Part shown: piece by piece, positions 10,454 to 23,429 of the stretch
Layout of the letters: every line of letters starts with the position of its first letter
Numbering within the stretch: position 1 is the first letter of the stretch
NCBI GenBank assembly: GCA_023231475.1
Contig: JALJEE010002407.1
Location: 1-64,000, forward strand
Reading direction: 5' to 3'
Source of the DNA: Seison nebaliae
Lineage: Eukaryota
DNA: 64,000 bases
The notes under the pieces: generated by a model
Seen by the model: the letters and a program-made list of their open reading frames with translations, nothing else
Database searches by the model: none
Told to the model about the DNA's origin: nothing
Made by a program: the position numbers and the translations under genes

Positions 10454-13400
10454 ATGAGTGAATATGGTCGAGTGAAGTTACGTAAGACGTCAATGTCAAC
10501 GCCGAAGAAGAAGAGACATCCATTAGCGAGAAGTGTCTCCATTGGAACGTCGAAGACGAATAATAATCAAGAAAGATTATCAGAAAGAAAATTAATTAAT
10601 TCTGATAAAGATCATTTATCGTTAGGGAATTCCTCATTAAGTCTTGGTTCGAAATCCACACATCGTTTATCATTCGAACAAGATCAACATAAATCTACTA
10701 CAACTCCATCATCCACCATCGGCTCTCCCACATCTCTAACGAACGATTCTCCTTTCGTAGATAATTCGCCAAATGAGAAAAAGAATTTGTTGGATCGTGC
10801 AAATAGTTTATCGAAAAGTTTAATGAGGAAATTGAGTCGAGGGAAAAGTGAATCGTCCCACACAATTCGTCGAGGTAACAGTTTCAAAGAGAAACGACCA
10901 TCATATAAACAAACTTTCTCTATCGATTTCTCACCATCAAACAAATCGTCATCGATGAATAATGAATCTAAAATGAGTAAACGAAGTCACTCTACAAAAA
11001 GTGCCAACGAAGAGAAAGAGGAACCTGACGAAATCGATTCGATCGATGACACTGATTTCTATCATTCATATTACAACAACAACAAGAAATTATTGAAAGA
11101 TAATCGAATTTATAATAATACTAATAAAGGTTATTATCATTATCCAGAATCGTCGAAACTGATAACGAGACCGGAGAAACCTGTTCGGAGTAATACCGTT
11201 CCATCACCCTCATCACCAAGTATAACGACAATCAGATCATCTTATCATTCTGCTGATGATTATTTCCCTGATATGGTTTCAATGTCGTCGGGTAATATGG
11301 GCAAATTGAGGGGAGGAATGAAAAGGATTGAAGAAGACACGAATGTTAAGGGAGAGAAAGAATTAGAAGAACAATATTTGATGGATCGAATGAGAAGATA
11401 TTCATCGAAATATCAACAGAATAAACGGAATTTTATCGATTATGAAGAACGATCAGATGAAGGAAATATAATTTCGGATGACGAATTCAAATCCATCACT
11501 AATGACGACGATGATGATGATGACGGAAATTATATTTCTGAAGGAAAAAATTTACGATCCGTTTCCGATTCATCATCAATTACGACGGATACCAGTTCGT
11601 TGGATACGAACAAGAGTTTCGAACAAGACATGAATGCATTTTTTAAACAGCGATCGGCATCTTTAAGGAATTCTCTGAAGAAACAAGAGGAAATTGAAGA
11701 ATTACCATCAAACGTTAACAGATCTGAAGTGATTGACGAAAATGAAAGTGATAAATCGAGTTCGGTTTATATGACGATCAATAATCCGTTATTTCATGAA
11801 GCTGTTGACGAAAGTGAGGAATCGTCATATGGAACATTTCCGTTTTATGATAATGGAAGTAAATGGGAGAAGGTGAGAAATTCAACGAATCGTTTGAGAA
11901 GTGAACAGGAGAAAATTAATGACATCGTTCAGAAAGCAACGAATACATTTTTGGACAGATATTTTATTGCGAAGGCTCACAAAAATAAGAATGAGGAGAA
12001 GAAATTAAAAAAAACGAATTTGGTAGAGGAAACGATTTGTAATCCGATATACGAGGAGATTCGATTAGATCGAAAAACCATTCCGTCATCCAATCACCAT
12101 AAGTTGAGTAAGATGGATAGTATTGTAAAGATGAAGAAACAAATGAATGGGAACAATGTTAACAATACGAAATTAAAGGATATTAAACGATACAAACAAT
12201 TGACAAGATCATTTCATGGGACTCATGAATTACATTCACCCAAACAACAACAACAACAAGACAAATTACGACATAGTGAGTCAACACCGATAGTATATGA
12301 GACAGGTATCAACTCTATACCATTGTACAAATTGGATGATGGAGGTGAGAAGATAAAAATGGAGAGTGAAGGACGATTTGACCGAAATAAATTTGTTAGA
12401 TTAATCGATGATAATGATGATGATGGGAATGAGGAGAATATCTATGAGGAAAGTGGGGAAATTAAAGAAATTAATTTCTTTCCTCATAATAGAAATATGA
12501 AGAGAATCAATAATAATAACACTTCAAATCATCATTCGAATGATGATAAGTCAAATAAAATATTTAAATTTGGAGATAATAAAAACGATGTCGATAATCT
12601 CATATCATCGGCCTTATTAACATCATCTTCGTCATCTTTCAACACTCTTTCCTCCTCGTTGAATGATAGCAATTCAAACGACTTCATCAATTCGTCTATC
12701 GGCCATCATTTGTCATCAAATCATGAACGATCACCATCAGTCTCGTCACATGTCTCTTCCGTGAAGAGTTTCAATTCACGTTACAATCGATTTGTTGAGA
12801 CGATGTTGAAGGATGCAAACTCTGAGAATGATGTCAGTGACTCAGCTATATCGTTGCATAATAATTCCGATTCATTAAATAGATTTTCCCCAAAAGCAGA
12901 ATTATCTTCTTCCACGAGATTCCTTTCCAAGAACGATCTCGGTCTTAATCATTCGAAAGTCTTAACGTACCAAACACCGACAGCAACCGTGGATTCGAAG
13001 GAGGTTCATTCTCTTGAATTTGACCAGAACAATTTAAACGATTCTCAAATCAGAGAAGAGAAGAAATTTGTGGAGGAACATCTCGAGAAAGTTGACCCGA
13101 CAATCGTCCGCCAAATATTAGAAGGAACATCGATAGCCGAAGTGGTCGATTTAGATCAGATAAAAGATATTAATTCGTTTGTTAAAAATATCATGAATCA
13201 TTCTTCAACACGATCATCTGATTCAACGATTCTCGGGAAAGATCTTCGTTATATTCGAAGAACACAATTTCCCCATATCGCCTCCTTCACTTCGACGCTA
13301 CGTGAGAATAATTCGAATTTTGTCGAATCGCCAAATACGGAGAAAAAAGTAGAAGAAATCTTCCCCACTTTTTCTACTTTATCTACTGATTTAGATGATG

Positions 13401-15230
13401 TCCACAAAGATTCTATGCAAGGTTTCCCAATAATTCCCTTTCACTTTTATTTATAAATTAATTAATTAATTAATTTGTTCATTTATATGAAATATTTTTT
13501 AATATTTAGAAAATAGAACTATTACAGCATCCTCCACTAACAGATCGACGAAATCTCCTCTCCAATCGATTTTGAGAAGAACGACTAGTCCTGATACTTC
13601 CTTCATTGAAGAGAGTCATGAAACTGAATATTATTCTTCATCTTCTCAAAATCAGCCCCCACAATTAATTTCAGGACCAAATGGAAACGCTTCTAATTAT
13701 ATGATGACTACCACAATTCGAGAGACTGACGGTGGAAATTTCAATTTCAGTGACAACTCCAACAATTCGGAAACATATCAACGAATTACACATTTATCTC
13801 CCTCTAGTAGTCGACGATCAGCCTTAAGACAATTTACATTGAAAGACTACAAAATCAATCGAGATCCGTCGCCAGAAATCATTAAACGGTCAACTAATGA
13901 TAATTTGGTTTATAAACAGGAAGTGGCTATCAGATATTTGCAACCGCCCAAACTTCCATCACCTCCACCATTAGTCATTCAGGAAATAAAGGGACAGACA
14001 CCACCACCCGCTCCACCTGTAGTGATTCGCGAACGAGTTACGAGACCGCCAACTCCACCGGTATTGGTTGTTCGTGAGGAACCTCCAATACCGCCACAGA
14101 TGGAAAAGTCGAAGATAATAAAAAAAATGTTACCAGCTTCACCACCTCCTCCTCGTAAAGTGATTATTGAACAAATGGGAAAATTGCCAGCAAAACCACA
14201 ATCGGTCATCGTCGAACGATGGTTGCCGTACAAAGAGCAAAAACGGAAAATTATCGTTCAAAAAGCTCAGAAACGTGAGGAGAGTAAAGAGCGTGTAAAG
14301 AACACAATTGTCCAATATTCGTCTCCCAGTGTCCAAGTGTTGCGAGAGACTCATAATTTAGGAATATTTTCAGCCGATCCCACAATGTACCGGAATCATT
14401 ATCGATCTGAAACTTTGTCGAAAGAAGAAATTGACAATTTCCTCCAGAACGTCTGTCAAACAACGAACGCCGTCGATGCCATAAAAGATGAAGAATTATT
14501 AGTTATTATTAATATTTTAAAAATATTTAAAAATTTATGTAATTATTTAAAAATATTATCTCTAAAGAAACCGTTAATTGATCGGCAATCTGGTAAGATC
14601 ATTTCAACAAAGAGAACCAGATCTGCTAATAAAATCGAATATAGAAATGCAATGAAATTGAATGAATTAATTAATAAATTCACTCGAACATCATCCACCA
14701 CCAACATTCCATCATCACAACATTATCTTTATGGAGAAGAAAATTCAAATGTTAATTAATTTATTTATAAGAAATAATGAACGAATTTCATTTTCAAGGG
14801 AGATTACTCATATTCCACTTCCACTAACAGCATCAATGAGACGGGAGGAAATTTTAATTCAGAAGAACAATATGAGATTTATAATTCGGATGGAACCGTT
14901 ATAACGGAAAGTGAGAAAAGGAAAATTTTGAACGAAGTCTTCTCGGGAATTGAGAACTTGAATCGAAGTAACCATTCCATACGTGACAGATCAACGGATA
15001 GCGGTCGATATGGTCAATCTTATGTGCACAAGAATTTCGCAAAGAATTTCACCGAACGATCTGAACGTTCATTCGACGGTACTTATGAAACAGGCAACGT
15101 CGTCATCTCACAGGAGGATAAAGGGCCCGTCCAGTTGTTTATGGGAAAGCCAATTGAGAATAATCGTCGCAGTCGTCGTTCCCAGCATGATAATCGTTTG
15201 AAATATGTGGCGGAAATTGGTGCACTGTAA
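10454..15230 (+). CDS. Large protein (about 1500 aa): S/N/D-rich disordered N-terminus plus Pro-rich PPPLVIRE-type domain; 4 exons
   Basis: The 1018-aa, 395-aa and 100-aa ORFs join through GTT..AG introns (donors near 13422, 14502, 14751). Domain: DPSPEIIKR..YKQEVAIRYLQPP..PPPLVIQE..PPPAPPVVIRE..PPTPPVLVVREEPP..PPPPRKVIIE..KPQSVIVERWLPY..LGIFSADPTMY. Confidence 0.85.
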
Positions 15231-15507
15231 TTGCGCAAAAAAAATGTTTTGGAGAGAATCGTCTGATAAAAATTAAGAAATTTCTTTAAAACTTTTGATT
15301 GACTAGAATAGTATTCAAATGAACAATTTCGTTCCCCAGTAAGTTGCGGAAAAAGAGAGAACTTAACTTAAAATAATTTGGGGATAATTTGTATTGTTTC
15401 GGATCGAAAAACTGATAAATAAATATTTTAAACTATAAAAGGAGAGAAAATGTTGTGAAATAAAAATCGATTTTATTCAAAATTAAATTTTTCTTTCTTT
15501 AACTCTT

Positions 15508-17004
15508 CTAATTCTGTTTCTGAGACGTTAAAGAGAATTGAGATTTAGGACGTACTTCACCTTCGAATCCTTCAAAAAGATAGTTTGATAAAAATTAGAA
15601 ATTTGAATAAAAATTTTCACCTTTGTTCACTGCCGCTGTATTCTTTTTCGCAATATCCGCATAGTATTTATCGTCATTCTCTTCTTCATCACTATCATCC
15701 AATTTCTCATTTTTTTTTCTTTCGTCATCCGAATCGGGGAACTCGTCATCGTCAGCATCTTTCTTCACTAATCCACATTTCTGACCAATCCATTGGAATT
15801 TACTGACGATCTCCTCCTGCATCAAATTGAAACTCATCGCCAGAATTGCCATTCCTGAACAATTCTTCAATTTCCTGATAAATGAGACTAGAACTAACCG
15901 ACTAGAATGTAAATGACAGATACGATTAATTTCAACACGACATTCTTCCCGTCAATTGTGTTCGCTCCTGGTACGAAATCACCAAATCCTATAAAAAATT
16001 TTAAAAATTTCAAAAAAAAATTCAAAAAACATTCAATTGCTAACCGATTGTTGAGAGTGTAATATAACAGAAATAAGCGGCCGCAATTAGTCCCCAATCC
16101 TCCCAATAGTCGAAGAGAGCTGCCCCACCAAATATGTAGAGCACAATAATTCCCATAGTAACGGTGAGTGGAATTGACACCTAGAAAATTTGAGATTTCG
16201 AATAAATGAAATTTAATTCTAAAAAAAAACGTTCGTCTCTTCCTCATCTAATTCGATGCCTTCCTCTTTCATTTCTTTAATTCTCTTCAATTTCTTTCGA
16301 TAACAAACTCGACAACAAATCTTTAAAAAAAATTAGATGAAAAACATCCAAAAATTGAATTGAACTTGCATGTAAGTGAAACGAAAGAAACTACCAAGAG
16401 CCGTTGAAATGTTGGCGAGAAATAGGAGAAATAATGGAATTCCAAGTGTCGCATAACATAAGCAAACAATCTGTCCCTCCCAAGTATTTGGTGAGACATG
16501 TCCATAACCAATTGTGGTCGATACGGTAATGGCGAATAAGCAAGCATTGGGGAGATCCCAACTGAATTCTGTGTCACAATTTTTTCCAACCTGATAATCA
16601 AAAATACTCGAAATATTCATAACACTAATGGCATATTGTTGAATGTAATCCTGAATGACAAGTAATGCTTTCTCATCCGAATCTTTATTGGCGGATTGTG
16701 TGACGGAAACATTAAATTGGACATATGATAATAGCCATTGTCGTGCTTCAGCACTTAACGCTCGTTCTTCACCTTTACCCTTTTGACAGTTTCGAATCTC
16801 TTCATGTTCCTCAAGTAATTTGAAAAGGAATCCGCCACCAACAGTAAACAATACCAAGAGGACAGTAAGACCGACATAAGAGAAGGAGAATTTCAATACT
16901 TTTTTACAACAATCCGCTTTCGCCTTCGGTTTCGCTGTTGTTACCAACGACGATTCGGCGCTCAAAGGACGAATTTTTTGCTTGCTTCCGTACGAATCGG
17001 TCAT
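15508..17004 (-). CDS. Two-pore-domain potassium channel (K2P/TWiK family), 6 exons
   Basis: M1 with GGFLFKLLE; pore 1 FAITVSTTIGYGHVSPNTWEG; M2 YATLGIPLFLLFLANI; pore 2 AAYFCYITLSTIG|FGDFVPG; M4 YILVG|MAILAMSFNLMQEEI. Confidence 0.95.
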
Positions 17005-17976
17005 GATTGAAGAAGAAACAAAAATGGAATAAGTTTCGAAAATATTTTAATTTTATTTTCCAAACTGAAAAAACTGTAAAGAAAGTCGTTTGGGTGAAGT
17101 GGCTGAAAATATCGATTTATTGGATTTATAATTTACTCTCCTCCCAACAACAAAGACTTGTTACTAATAAGAAATTCTCCAACATAAATAGAACTTCGTT
17201 CAAAGGTAAGGAAAGAGGTAAGGAAGGTAGGAGTTAAATGGAGAAAAATCAATAAAGCTTCATATCAACAAGAGAAATGAGCCAAATCAAAATCAACAAT
17301 GTTCGGAAGACAGAATAACGATTCTATAGTTATCTGGACAATTTGTCGTCCGCCTCTTATTAATTTCAAATTTATGAATATTAAAGTTAAACAGATTAAT
17401 ATTTCATTATTCGCATAACAACTCCAGTATCTCTTCCTGCACATTGATACGCTATTGAATTTAATTGATTCAACTCTCCATACAGGCACCTCATACTTAC
17501 TTACATCATCAACAAGTTAGAGTTAGTCGTTGGAAAAGTCATATCGATTTATTTGAAGGAATATAATCAATTTTTTTTAGACATTCTTCTAAATCATTAG
17601 GTTTGATAACATGTTTCAAATTTGCATATTCCAAGTGCCATTACTCTCACTACTAATTTGTTTGGCACTTCTCCAAAACTCTCCCAACATTTTATTTACC
17701 AAATTCTTAATATATATAGAATAATTATGGAAATAATAAAGTAAATTCTCTTCAGTTAATTAGTGCCAAAGAAATCCTGCAGAATCGAATAGTGGAACAT
17801 ATAACATTGATCTAAAAACAGATTAATAACAGAATGAGATTAGGAATGTTCGATTAAGCAATGGAAATTTATGAAAAATTTATGGAAATTTTTCATGGAA
17901 TAATTATGGAAAATATTCTTTCAATTTTCCTAATAAAAACTCCTTAAACTTAAAAGAATAATTAGAAGAAATTTTT

Positions 17977-20537
17977 TCAACTAATCTGAAAACAGAAATG
18001 ATATGAAAAATAACCGATAAATTTGAGGACGCCATAAGATGTTGAGTTACCATAAGAAGTTTTCGACCAATCTATAAACGAGGATAATTGAGATGATGGA
18101 ATTTAAAATAGAAACGTCGAATATAATTATAATCTTCGATGAAAGATTGACGAATTTGCTCTTCTGTTGTGTATTCTTCCGGAATAACATGTGACATTTT
18201 CGATTGTTTCGTTTTTGACATTTTCATTTGATTTAACAACGTTTCGAATTGTTTGACTGTTGCAATGGCTTGATCTTCGTTCTTTTTTAATTTGACGAGA
18301 CCCTGAAAACGTTTTTCGTGTCGTTTCTCTAAAATTTTCGCTTCGTCTAACGATCTCGGATGTTGTTTCAATTGATCGATATGAGAAGTGATTCCTGGTA
18401 TGATTTTATCGTTGATACATAAATGAAGAAATTCTTCAATGAAATTAATGTCGTATGGTGGTGCGATTAGATCGGCGATTTGATTGAAAGCATATCTCGG
18501 TAAAGAATTGTCGATTTTTTCGTCTTGATAATTTTCATCCTTTTTATTTTTTTTCGTATTTCCGTTAATGGTTTGAGATCGTAACCAATGGAAAATACTC
18601 GCAATAATTGTCCAAGAATGTTTCTTGTTTGAACAGAGTGTAAAAATGAAGAGAATTCGTTCGATAATAAATCGACGAAATTGAATTTGAATGAGAACGT
18701 CTAAGGACGAATAATTTTTCGAATAAATCTCATAAAGTAATTGAAGTATCTGGTATTGGTAACGTGGCCATAAATAAGCGATTTCATCAAGAATCAATAA
18801 TTGTGGTGGTTCAGGATCTTTACAAACACCAAAGAATGACGTCTGCAGAACGATCAATCTGATATGTTTGATGACGAAATAAGCGACAACTGCATGACGG
18901 ACATAAATGAGCAGTTTCGGGATTATTAATAGAAAATTTGAAATTGTTTTCTCTTCCAAACAATTCATACAACTCTTTAATGCGTCGTAACATTTCAAGA
19001 TTTCTTCTCGATTCTTCCCAATTTCGAAGGTGTCAATCCAATCTTCTTCATGTCCTTCTTCTTCTACCGCCGCGATATCTATTGTGTTAATGACGTTCTC
19101 AGTCGATTCAACATAATCGTCAAATCCGACAATAGATAAAAATTGCCAATATTGATATTTCGATCGATTACTGAAATAAGGTCGATGTACAACCAATTCA
19201 TCGATCAGCATATCTATAAAAGGAAAAAAAAGGATAAAAAAAGGATAAAAAAAAGATATTTAACGGATAATTTCTGACATTTTCAATAACGAACATAATT
19301 GATTGACATCTGACGATTGTTCGAGATAAATGAGAATATCTTCGATATATTTTTGAGAAGTGGTCTCTTTATGGAGATATGTCAATTGTAACGAATGTAT
19401 AATACCGTTAATATTCTGATCAGAATCGTACTGGAAATTGTTGGTTGTGAGAAGTTTGCGGAAATGATTTATCAACAAGAATGTCCTTCCAATGGTCGGG
19501 AATCTATGATGGGAATGATTTGACGATTTGAATTGAACATCAACTTTTCTATTACATGTAATTGAATGGCGTCGATTAATCCTTTTGTTACGGAAATTCT
19601 TAGTTGAACTAAATTTATAGAGTCGTTTAATTCTGTCGAATTTTTTGAATTTAACAATTCTTTTTCTAAAACTTCTTTTTTCTTCATATTCTCCTCCAGA
19701 ATATTCGTAATAATGAAAAGACAATTAATGTAAATCTGTTCACTTCTCAACATTAACGCCTGAAGAGAATGAATGTAAACTAAACGAATCTAAAAATGGA
19801 AATGTTAAAACCATCACTTCTGTCAACGATTCGTTGTATGAGAGGAAAGTTCTCGCTGAATAAAGTTCGTTGATTCTCGATTTGAAAATTGCCCAGAACA
19901 CTTGACTATTCTTTAGGGCGAGACTTTTCCCGTCAATTTCGTGTTCGAATCCTTTCTCCGCCATTAACTACATCGAATAAAATTGAGTTGAAATAATTGT
20001 TCAAAAGAGAATTTTAACTTTTATCGTTTCATTCAAAATTATACTGTTCGGATGATCTTTATAAAATGAGATCAACATCTTCCGCCACGATTCATGTGAA
20101 ATGATTTCGATGAGTTGTTTCTCGTCAATTTCATTTGACTCATATAATTCGTCCAAATGATCGATATTCAATTTAGATATTAAAGTTTGTTGAATTTGAC
20201 TCTCTAAATATTTACTCACATTCTTCTTCTCAGTATTTTTGGGAAAGCCGAGAATATTCAACCAAGTTATCAGCGAATTAGTCGTCACGACGATTCCCTC
20301 ATAATTGTCTACTAACATCGATTTGACTTGCTCGATTGTTCCACCATTATCCAAATATCGAGAAATGTCATCGAACACTCCCGATTCAGAGACGTAGTCA
20401 ATTCTTTTCAAATTCGTTTCTAATTCTTCCATCACTTTTGCATGATCATCAATCTCTTCATCTTCTTCCTCCTCCTCAATATTCACAATCTCAGTCTCAT
20501 TTATATATTCAACACTCTCATTCAATTCTTCAGACAT
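17977..20537 (-). CDS. NELFCD: Negative elongation factor C/D (TH1-like), about 6 exons
   Basis: DYVSESGVFDDISRYLDNGGTIEQVKSMLVDNY, LMAEKGFEHEI, LLILDEIA..QILQLL..LDVLIQIQFRRFIIERI and DNSLPRYAFNQIADLIAPPYDINFIEEFL parallel conserved TH1L blocks. The last exon and stop are tentative. Confidence 0.88.
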
Positions 20538-20847
20538 TATCAATTGAAAACTTTCAAATTATTAAATTTATAAAATTTATTCTATTTATCACGCTTCTAT
20601 TTCAAATGACCGCTCCTTTACACTAACTCCAAAATTCTATTTTTGATTCAGTTTTTCCATCAGTTTTTTTGATAAAATTGATAAGTTCTAGTTTTTTATA
20701 AAAATGACCAGAAATGAAAAAACCAAATTAAATTTATAACATTAAACTCATTTATAATTATTGTCAAATGAAATTTTTAATTTTTATTAAAAATTTTATT
20801 AAGTTCTTTACAGACATGAGAATGAATTGATGAGATGAGTTTTAATT

Positions 20848-22224
20848 TTAGTAAGTTTTTGGATATCCAGGATGTAAATACAATTCTTTTGTTAGCGTAT
20901 TATGAATTTCGGCCACTTGCATATAAATAGTTCGACTAATTGGCGACCAATCTAAAGCGATATTCTGATTCGCCTAAAATTCAATTAAGTTCCTATATAA
21001 ATGAGGAGAAATAAAACAAATTTAAACTCTGGTTAATAATCGATGGAAATCATAACGATGTGCATTTTCCGATATCTCTCTCGCAATGTTGCTAAAGAAG
21101 ATTGAGCCTCTCTCATTGTCGACCCAGGACACATATCCTTTTTTTTTAAACGAATAGAAAACGAAAGGAAAAATTTTAATAGTAACCACCTACAGATGCG
21201 TAAGCAATCAAAAGGTCTTGTAAATCAAGACTCATGTACTCCTTCTCCACGTCTCGATTGAACGCTCCGATATTGAATTTGGTTGTTATCCAAGCTAAAG
21301 GATTGGTCGGTTTCGCTCCATAACCGTCATCATGAGATGCTGAAGATAATGAGAGAATATTTAGATGAATTAAAAGATGGAAAAGAAACCTCCACGACAC
21401 ATATCGAAAAATACGACTTTAGGACGACCGGGTAAAATTGAATTAACAGTTTTGAGAACTTCCTTAATTTTCAAGGAGCGACCATGAACTCCCTGAACTT
21501 TATTATAAAGACCATGAGAGGTGATGTAGATGATGGCACTTTGCCAACCACTCGAATTGGCCAATTCGGCAAAATTATTCAATTCTCGTCTCATAGACTA
21601 TTTGTTTAGAGTTGAGAATAAGTAGTTGAAAAACGAGTAACGGAAGCGCCATTTTCTCGAGAAATGATGGGAAGAAAATGAAGTTGTCTGAAAAGTTTAT
21701 CGAATCGTTCCGCATCTAAATCTTTCCCGGGTAGATTATTCAATCCAAGAAAGAAACGACTATTGGATAGTAGAAGAGCACCTCCTCTAATGGGAAATGT
21801 CATAGGATATTTCTATAAATACATTCATTGGAATGGGAAGTTGGATGGAAACAAGTTCAGTATTGAGAGTTGGATCTGCCATTCGGTTCTCATTAATCGA
21901 ATGATTACTGTAACCGATGACGAACGGATTAGCTTCATAGAATTCTGTTAAATCTATTTATGAAAATTTTGAGCTTATAATTTTTTAAAATTGGCGAATG
22001 GAACCTTCTTCTTGTTCTTGGGGTGGTGGTATTTGACCATATGGTGCAAATTCGTTTCCAGGTTGTTGATAATGATTCATGTAAGGATTCATCTGATAAT
22101 TAGATGGATCATATTCATGTTGGGCGATTCGTTTCACCCAACTCTGAGGAATGATCGAAGAATTAGCTGCCTTTCTTTTATCGTCGATCGATTGCGAAGG
22201 AAACGACGGTTTATTTTTATACAT
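20848..22224 (-). CDS. Caspase-fold cysteine protease (clan CD, family C14) with atypical specificity residues, 7 exons
   Basis: KYPMTFPIRGGALLLSN, catalytic His in YITSHG, catalytic Cys in PKVVFFDMCRG, and a p10-like region DLLIAYASVG|GYVSWVDNERGSIF ... QVAEIHNTLTKELYL. All six introns are GTT..AG. Confidence 0.92.
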
Positions 22225-22625
22225 GATGAAATGGGAGAATTACGTCGATAACAGAATAGTAATTCGTTGTAAAGAAATTTCAAATATGTGACTGACATTG
22301 ATTTGAGGATCGTTTTGAAGGACTATTTTAAATGTTGACGTCATTGTGCATTGTAAAATAATAATGTGATAAAGACATTATTATTCGAAGGGATTCTTAA
22401 GAAGTTCACATGAATGAAACAACTCAGTCTACTAGTCAGTTGGTTGGGATGAACCTTGTACCGTAAGAAATATGATTCGTTTGTTTCAATGAACTTCATT
22501 GTCTGTCTCATGTTTGGTGAAGTGTTTAGAAGTGAAGAAGAATGTTGAAAGTGAATGTGAACAATCGATAGAATGAATGGTGGATGAAAGCTCATTTTAT
22601 TCAGGCTAACTCATATATTTTATTC

Positions 22626-22653
22626 TGTGTGTGATGTGTGTGTGTGTGTGTGT
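22626..22653 (+). repeat. (TG)n microsatellite
   Basis: Directly visible. Confidence 0.9.
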
Positions 22654-23429
22654 ATAATAGAAAGATGATGTAGGTACGAGCGCGAAATTCTTCTTGGATA
22701 AAAAAACGAAGAAAAAGTTTTAGATCAGATTAACTTTTGCTTCTGTATAGCTTTTTTTTTTAATGATGAAACAGTAATGAGTCAAAATCTTTGATGTTCT
22801 ATATTTGACATCAGTATGAAGAAGGGAAATTATTGGGAGAGATAGAAATGATCAAAGTCTTGAAAACGTTTCGAAATAAATGGTTACTTATGTATAGAAA
22901 TGAATTGTAGTTGAGTTAACAATAGATGGATGAAGATGTTTAAAGAGTCTAATCTATTCAAAATGAAGTGCAAAATGAATGTTTTTTTTTTGGTAAATTT
23001 AAAATAGAGATTCCATTTGTTATATTCGATGATTTATGGATGAGTCGATTGATAAAGAAAACCTTCCGTATGTGTTTGTTATGGTAGATCGGAACACGAT
23101 TATAAATGAAAAGAAGGAGATTAGGTTCGTACTTTGGGTGGTGGATAAAAATGGGAGGAAGAGAAAGAAGATCCACATTTTCTGGGAAGATGGATGATGA
23201 TGTTCAATCAGTCGTTCATATGAGTGTGTGTGAATAAAAAGATGAAGGAAGTTCATATAAATTAAGTTGAAGAATAGAATAGTCTGTATATTTATAAATA
23301 GTTCTATAATAATGATCGTGATGAGAGGAAAGATTAATAAAAGTGTTTTGCAATCAATTTATTTATACTGTAAAGTCATTTACACGAAGTAAGTATGCTC
23401 GATCGGATTAGGTAGATGAAGACACATAA

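Noticed and set aside
17491..17510. ATACTTAC resembling the U1 snRNA 5' end or a miR-1 arm
   Set aside because: No U1 stem-loops or Sm site follow and the miRNA seed does not match. It is more likely a minus-strand GTAAGT donor or chance.
19431..19486. Apparent non-canonical GG-AG intron in NELFCD
   Set aside because: A canonical 41-nt GTTGAT..CATAG intron slightly upstream (about 19544-19504) joins the two frames (VIEK-FPTIGR).
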